A DNA stretch of 64,000 bases from Oligoflexales bacterium (GTDB lineage Bacteria; Bdellovibrionota_B; Oligoflexia; Oligoflexales; RGVZ01): NCBI GenBank assembly GCA_947494335.1, contig CANLUT010000001.1, positions 921,649-985,648 on the forward strand, in the 5' to 3' direction. The number at the start of each line of letters is the position of its first letter. The stretch's first letter is position 1. Shown here piece after piece: positions 59,608 through 64,000 of the stretch. Under the pieces are notes generated by a model. It saw only the letters and a list, made by a program, of their open reading frames with translations, did not search any database and was not told where the DNA came from. Position numbers and translations under genes: made by a program.

Positions 59608-59871
59608 GTCCTTTGCATCTCGGCGGATTTGCCTTTCGCACAGAAAAGATTTTGCGGTGCTGAGGGTATTAGTAATGTCGAGACACTGTCGAGCTTTCGC
59701 CAATCGTTTGCCAAAGATATTCGCGTTGAAATGGCTGATGGTCCCTTTAAGGGGCTTTGTGCGCGGGCGGTTGTAGTTCTCGACGAGGCGAATAAGGTGG
59801 TCCATTCGGAGTTGGTTTCCGAGATTGCCAATGAGCCAAATTATGATGCTGCTTTGGCGCCTTTAAAATAG
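59608..59871 (+). pseudogene. tpx 3' fragment (last 87 codons plus stop), no 5' half
   Basis: It is in frame with Tpx residues [20 protein letters not shown]...APLK*. A TAG closes the frame three codons upstream of the junction (59599-59601). The peroxidatic Cys region is absent. Confidence 0.85.
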
Positions 59872-59910
59872 CGAAAGACTGGGCTACAGGGGGATGATTC
59901 CGTTTTATTG

Positions 59911-60774
59911 TCATCCCCTTGAGCTGAAACGGTCCCGTTTGCTCGCAATCCAGATAGCAAAAAGAATCAATACACCACCAACGCTCAAGTTGATCAGGTT
60001 AGTTGATTCGCCAAAGACCGTGAGGCTCACCAGAACGGCGATGGGTAGCTTGATGTTGTTCGCTGCGCCCAAGACAACGGGCCCAACTCTTAGTGCGCCT
60101 TTGTTCCAAAGAAAAAAGCCGAGTCCAGATGCGAAAACGCCAAGATAAATGGCTATTAAGGCTTCCTGTGACGTAAACGGTTTGATGTCTGTCGCCAGTA
60201 TAAGCGCTAGAAACGTTGATGCTACGAAGGCTCCTAAGAAGAATGGAAACATTAATGCTGACTGATTATGGTCACCCGGCGCAATCCACCGGGTCCATAG
60301 AACTAGTCCTAAGGAAAACAAAATATTTGAAATTTGTACGAGTATGATTCCAAATACGGCCGGATCGGGTGTCGTTGCGCCTCCCGCTGCGATGACTCCG
60401 CCGACCGTCGCTAGTGCTGCGGCAAGGGTCATCGTCCAAGTGAGTCGTCGCTTCTCGATCGCGATGATGAGTGCCATCCAGACGGGCGTGGTCATTGTAA
60501 ACAAGGCGACTTCGTGGCTTTTTAAATATCGAAAGGACAGCAAGTACGGTCCGTACATAAGCCCAATCTGTAGGAATCCACAAATCATGGCTTTGATCAT
60601 AATTTGACGCGACAGTTGAAAGCTGCGTTTACCGGTGAACCACGGAAGGAAGAATAGGGCCGCAATTCCAGTGCGTGCGGTACCTAGGACAAAAGGGTCT
60701 ATGCCACCCGCAAATGACTTAATAAGGCCAAAGGAAAAAGCCCAAATTAATGAGGCGGTTACAAGGAATAGCAC
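59911..60774 (-). CDS. EamA/DMT-family transporter
   Basis: It has 10 TM helices arranged as two EamA-like halves. Confidence 0.85.
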   Translation of the reverse strand: MLFLVTASLIWAFSFGLIKSFAGGIDPFVLGTARTGIAALFFLPWFTGKRSFQLSRQIMIKAMICGFLQIGLMYGPYLLSFRYLKSHEVALFTMTTPVWMALIIAIEKRRLTWTMTLAAALATVGGVIAAGGATTPDPAVFGIILVQISNILFSLGLVLWTRWIAPGDHNQSALMFPFFLGAFVASTFLALILATDIKPFTSQEALIAIYLGVFASGLGFFLWNKGALRVGPVVLGAANNIKLPIAVLVSLTVFGESTNLINLSVGGVLILFAIWIASKRDRFSSRG

Positions 60775-60827
60775 GGTCTCAAATTCTCCTTTGCTGCGGT
60801 GGGAACTTACAGTAATGTCAAAAGAGT

Positions 60828-61922
60828 ATGAAGTCTAAACTGATCGGCATCTCAGTCTCTTCGGACGGTCGTAGGGCGTACCTTTTGCGCCTTCTTCTGT
60901 TGGCGATGCTTTTAGTGATTCAAAAAGCAGACCGCGTTCAAGCATGTAGCGCGGTCACATCATCTGCAAATTCATTATCTTTGGTCGCGGCCAATTATGA
61001 CTGGACCGCGCGCGGAGGTATTGTTTTCGAGTCACCTCGCGGCCAGCGCAAGCAGTCCATTAGGTTTCATCAAGATGGTGCCACCGCATCATGGCGGTCA
61101 AAGTATGCCAGTCTGACGGTGAGTCAGTTTGGACGGGATTTTCCCATGCAGGGACTCAATGAAGCCGGACTGATGGGGGTTGTCTTGGTGGCGCCAGCCG
61201 ATTACCCGAGGCAAGGTCCGCTTGGTGTTATTGCGGAAGTCTCGTGGCTTCAGTATCAGCTGGATCAATTCGCGACTGTGGAGGAAGTGATCGCTCATGC
61301 TGGCGACTTCGGTATAGAAAAGGTGTCAGCTTATTTGCATTGGTATTTGTGTGATGCACGTCACACCTGCATCATCGTCGAGTTCGAACGCGGTCAGCCG
61401 GTTATTCACCAATTAGATCCCCAGGGAGTTCGCGCAGCTACAAATTCAAGTTTTCGAGCTTCCAGTGAAGCGTTGCGAAGTTGGCAAAGTTCAGGATCTG
61501 AGGCGGTGCCTCATGGTTATCAGTCCATAAATCGCTATATAAGGCTAGCCAATCGCGACTCTTTTGCGCATGAGTGGCAGTTAGTTGAAGCGATTGACGA
61601 TGTGGCTCTACAAGGTTTTACCGCATTTCAGACGATATTTGACTCCCAGTCTAAAGAGCTGCGAGTTCGATTGCCCAATAGTCCGTGGCAAACCCTGGGT
61701 TTTGATCAGCGTAGCATTGCATGCACTTCAAAGTTGGAGATGTATAATCTTCAGACTGGAGTTTGGGAAAGCTATGATTATGCTACTGTGGATCGACTAT
61801 TTGCGGATGCAACGGATGGTGCCGAAGACTTGACGGATGAGCGTCGCCGCAGAATCCTTGACGCAACAAGCGTCGTAGACTGCGATGATGAAGCTTATCA
61901 GAGCCATTGGAGGGGGCGATGA
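60828..61922 (+). CDS. Ntn-hydrolase, choloylglycine hydrolase/linear amide C-N hydrolase family
   Basis: The signal peptide ends ...VQA|CSAV, which places a Cys as the mature N-terminus. ANYDW follows shortly after. Confidence 0.7.
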   Translation: MKSKLIGISVSSDGRRAYLLRLLLLAMLLVIQKADRVQACSAVTSSANSLSLVAANYDWTARGGIVFESPRGQRKQSIRFHQDGATASWRSKYASLTVSQFGRDFPMQGLNEAGLMGVVLVAPADYPRQGPLGVIAEVSWLQYQLDQFATVEEVIAHAGDFGIEKVSAYLHWYLCDARHTCIIVEFERGQPVIHQLDPQGVRAATNSSFRASSEALRSWQSSGSEAVPHGYQSINRYIRLANRDSFAHEWQLVEAIDDVALQGFTAFQTIFDSQSKELRVRLPNSPWQTLGFDQRSIACTSKLEMYNLQTGVWESYDYATVDRLFADATDGAEDLTDERRRRILDATSVVDCDDEAYQSHWRGR

Positions 61923-62272
61923 GTCCAGATGACAAGGTTCTTTTGGCGGTCTTGGGAGTGCGTGATGCTGAAATGCTCGCATCTCGGCTGGGCGCACAGG
62001 GTATAAACATTGCGACGATATATAATCATTCAACATGCACTACCGGCTGCAGTCCTAGTAAAGAGATATGGGCTCATGTGGATGATGTCCCCGTCATAAA
62101 GCGTTGCATTCAGGAAGAGCGTTTAGCGATGCTCAATGCGATGGGTGTTAATTTAGAGCAGATCGAAAAGGTTTATGATCCAAGTCAAGGCGAGGCGACA
62201 TGTCCGGCTTGCGGAACGTGCTTTTCGACAGCTCACGAAGCGTGTCCGGAGTGTGGTTTGCAATTTGTTTAA
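61919..62272 (+). CDS. Small protein with C-terminal zinc ribbon (DUF2007-like N-terminus)
   Basis: An ATGA overlap joins it to the hydrolase stop. It has CPACGTCF...CPECG. Confidence 0.5.
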   Translation: MSPDDKVLLAVLGVRDAEMLASRLGAQGINIATIYNHSTCTTGCSPSKEIWAHVDDVPVIKRCIQEERLAMLNAMGVNLEQIEKVYDPSQGEATCPACGTCFSTAHEACPECGLQFV

Positions 62273-62304
62273 AAGCTGCAAGGTATCTGTTGTAGGGGTT
62301 CGTT

Positions 62305-62940
62305 ATGCCGCGCGATAGAAAAATAGTGGTTTTTGACCTTGATGGTACCATCCTCGCATCGACGCCTTTTTATTTTTCAATTTTAGATAAGATTTTTCAC
62401 CGTCATCAAATGGTGTTGACCGATGAGGAAAAGGCGCTGGCTTCTGGTCTTTCCGCCAAGGCGTTTCTGGCGCCGCGATTGGATGAGTCTGCCATGAATT
62501 CCGCTTTGGACTATTTGAAAGAGCAGAGTGCTATTGATCTTCATCATATTCCTGTTTTCGATGGATTTTACGGAGTCCTCGAGACCCTGAAACTGCAGGG
62601 GCGAAAAGTTGCCGTTTGGACCAGTCGCGATCGATCCTCAGCATTGACGCTTCTGTCTAGAAACCAACTGGATAAATTTTTCGATGTGGTCGTCGCTGCT
62701 GACTGCGTAAAAAAACATAAGCCTGACCCAGAGGGTTTATTTGCGATTGCTGAGCAACTGGGTGGAGCCACTGCCGACATGGTCATGATCGGCGACCACG
62801 ATGTTGACGTTATGGCGGCTCGCGCTGCAGGAGTCGCTGTGATTCGTGCAAATTGGCATGGTTATCGCCAAGGTGAAAACTGTCGTTTTGGTGCGCTGAC
62901 AGCGCATAGCGTCAACGATTTAACGATGCATCTGACATGA
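62305..62940 (+). CDS. HAD-superfamily hydrolase (phosphoglycolate phosphatase-like)
   Basis: It has VVFDLDGTI, WTSRD and GDHDVDVMAARAAG motifs. Confidence 0.85.
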   Translation: MPRDRKIVVFDLDGTILASTPFYFSILDKIFHRHQMVLTDEEKALASGLSAKAFLAPRLDESAMNSALDYLKEQSAIDLHHIPVFDGFYGVLETLKLQGRKVAVWTSRDRSSALTLLSRNQLDKFFDVVVAADCVKKHKPDPEGLFAIAEQLGGATADMVMIGDHDVDVMAARAAGVAVIRANWHGYRQGENCRFGALTAHSVNDLTMHLT

Positions 62941-62943
62941 GCG

Positions 62944-63564
62944 TTACTTGATGCATTTGATCACGGTTGCAGGCGGTAGATTTAACCAAACGGCTTGAGT
63001 GTTTACCGATGTGAACTGCCCTCGCAGGTTTTGCAGCATCCCATGGATCTTTGGCATCAAAAATGTGTGGGTATAGATAAACATCCGAAACTCTCCACCG
63101 AAACGAAGAATTTTGTGGGTCGACTCAAATATCGATCTTAAACTTTCCACAGGAATGACGGAGCACGGTATTCCAGAAACGACGAGATCAGCTTGTCCAT
63201 GGTTAGCCAAGACCCTCTCAGAAATATTTTGTGCGTAGTCAGCTAGCAACTCTATTTCAAGACCTGATTCTGATAAATGTTGCCTGAATGCGCTGTTGGG
63301 TTCAGCCGCTAAGTAGATGGCCTCCTTGCGAAGTCTTGGGCGCAGAGCCTCCGTGATGACTCCTGTTCCTGGACCGTATTCAACAACCAAGTTTAATTCT
63401 TTGTAATTGACACCGGCAATCAACGCACTGACTAGTTCATCCGAAGATGGGATAATTGACGCAACCTCTCCCGGGCGCTCAAGAAATTGCTTGATAAATA
63501 AAGCGCGGTTTTTTTTCTGATCTTTGATCTTATTCACGCCCATTGGGACACCCCATTTATACAC
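62944..63564 (-). CDS. Class I SAM-dependent methyltransferase (COG3963/phospholipid N-methyltransferase-like)
   Basis: FLERPGEVASIIPSS...VVEYGPGTGVITEAL is characteristic. The start is uncertain (63564 or 63543). Confidence 0.7.
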   Translation of the reverse strand: MYKWGVPMGVNKIKDQKKNRALFIKQFLERPGEVASIIPSSDELVSALIAGVNYKELNLVVEYGPGTGVITEALRPRLRKEAIYLAAEPNSAFRQHLSESGLEIELLADYAQNISERVLANHGQADLVVSGIPCSVIPVESLRSIFESTHKILRFGGEFRMFIYTHTFLMPKIHGMLQNLRGQFTSVNTQAVWLNLPPATVIKCIK

Positions 63565-64000
63565 ACTTCGCCCTTAAGTCTCGTCGACAAGAGTCTTCGA
63601 GAGATAAAAATACGTGGTATTTATGATAGGTTTCAGCCCGTTAATGCAAGCTAATAGACGTCAATTTCCGAGATAGACTTCAGGGAACTCCGGTGTGACG
63701 CGGGCAAAGAAAAGGGGTCTGGTTGACGTTTGAGGGTACGGTCGTCGTTCATCCCATAGCGATGGATGGCGAATGCAGTCGAAGTTACGTGGTGCGCGGG
63801 GATTAAAGTCCCTGAGCTTTGACCTCTTTCCAAATCCACCCGTATTTTTTCGAGCCTTCTCCGATGTCGCGGATGGTCTAAGCTTTGAGGGTGATTTTGG
63901 TTGGAGAGCCCGGGTTGGTAGAAAAAAGTTGTCAAGGATTGAACTAAGTGATTGGAAACCTTTGAAGCAATGATAAACTCGTGGTTGTGACAAGAAAACA

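Noticed and set aside
59313-59663. A 116-aa plus-strand ORF crossing the insert/tpx-fragment junction
   Set aside because: It runs into the tpx fragment out of the Tpx frame. It has no RBS and an unconvincing composition. It is probably non-coding promoter/leader DNA of the divergent DUF4331-like gene.
63565-64000. ORFs 63651-63935(-), 63661-63993(-) and 63773-63973(+), and a possible structured RNA (an AAAGTCC-containing segment reminiscent of RNase P CR-I, and TTCGAC as in the tmRNA 5' end)
   Set aside because: The ORF translations are R/P/S/F-rich and not protein-like. The RNA resemblances are limited to 6-7 nt and lack the flanking conserved helices. I leave the region unannotated.

Overview
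This is a 64-kb chromosomal segment from a Gram-negative bacterium. It encodes many signal-peptide and lipobox proteins, an OMP-like barrel, FeoAB, GroESL and RecA. The protein content and roughly 45-55% GC suggest a Bdellovibrio/Oligoflexia-like lineage, but that is an unverified guess. I can support about 60 protein genes. They are tightly packed, and many are joined by ATGA/GTGA start-stop overlaps. I recognised no rRNA, tRNA, CRISPR array, integrase, transposase or reverse transcriptase. Gene order, left to right: a P-type ATPase cut by the left edge; SYLF and SIMPL periplasmic proteins; a MoxR-DUF58-transglutaminase-FAD oxidoreductase cluster; a CHAP-like lipoprotein; a 7TMR-DISM/PP2C receptor phosphatase; an N6-type methyltransferase; an SRPBCC protein; a mosaic accessory stretch (16.2-23.8 kb); groES-groEL; a U32 'peptidase' ATGA-coupled to a HEAT/UPF0020 methyltransferase; aldose epimerase; recA; feoAB; nfeD-SPFH; xseAB; a DEAD-box helicase; yaiI; GMC oxidoreductase-crcB-sixA; a secreted nuclease; a scramblase-like protein; an M48 protease; a Q/Y/P/G-rich lipoprotein; an MFS transporter; tpx; a 2.8-kb insert bracketed by a duplicated tpx 3' half; an EamA transporter; an Ntn hydrolase; a HAD hydrolase; and a methyltransferase. 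Two places deserve the closest second look. (1) At 56.5-59.9 kb, a 280-bp direct duplication of the tpx 3' half flanks two cargo genes, and 9 of the 10 coding differences between the copies are synonymous. This is the signature of a foreign tpx allele brought in with the cargo. (2) At 16.2-23.8 kb, just downstream of groESL, two families of long direct repeats bracket gene modules. One family carries a 19-nt exact match to the last codons of groEL. The stretch also holds three broken genes: an amber-interrupted TPR-like ORF, a 5'-truncated RDD gene, and a toxin frameshifted in a T7 tract. I found no clear defence system or other recognisable novel multi-gene machine. The U32-methyltransferase pair and the paralogous small secreted proteins next to groESL and recA are the best function-unknown candidates.
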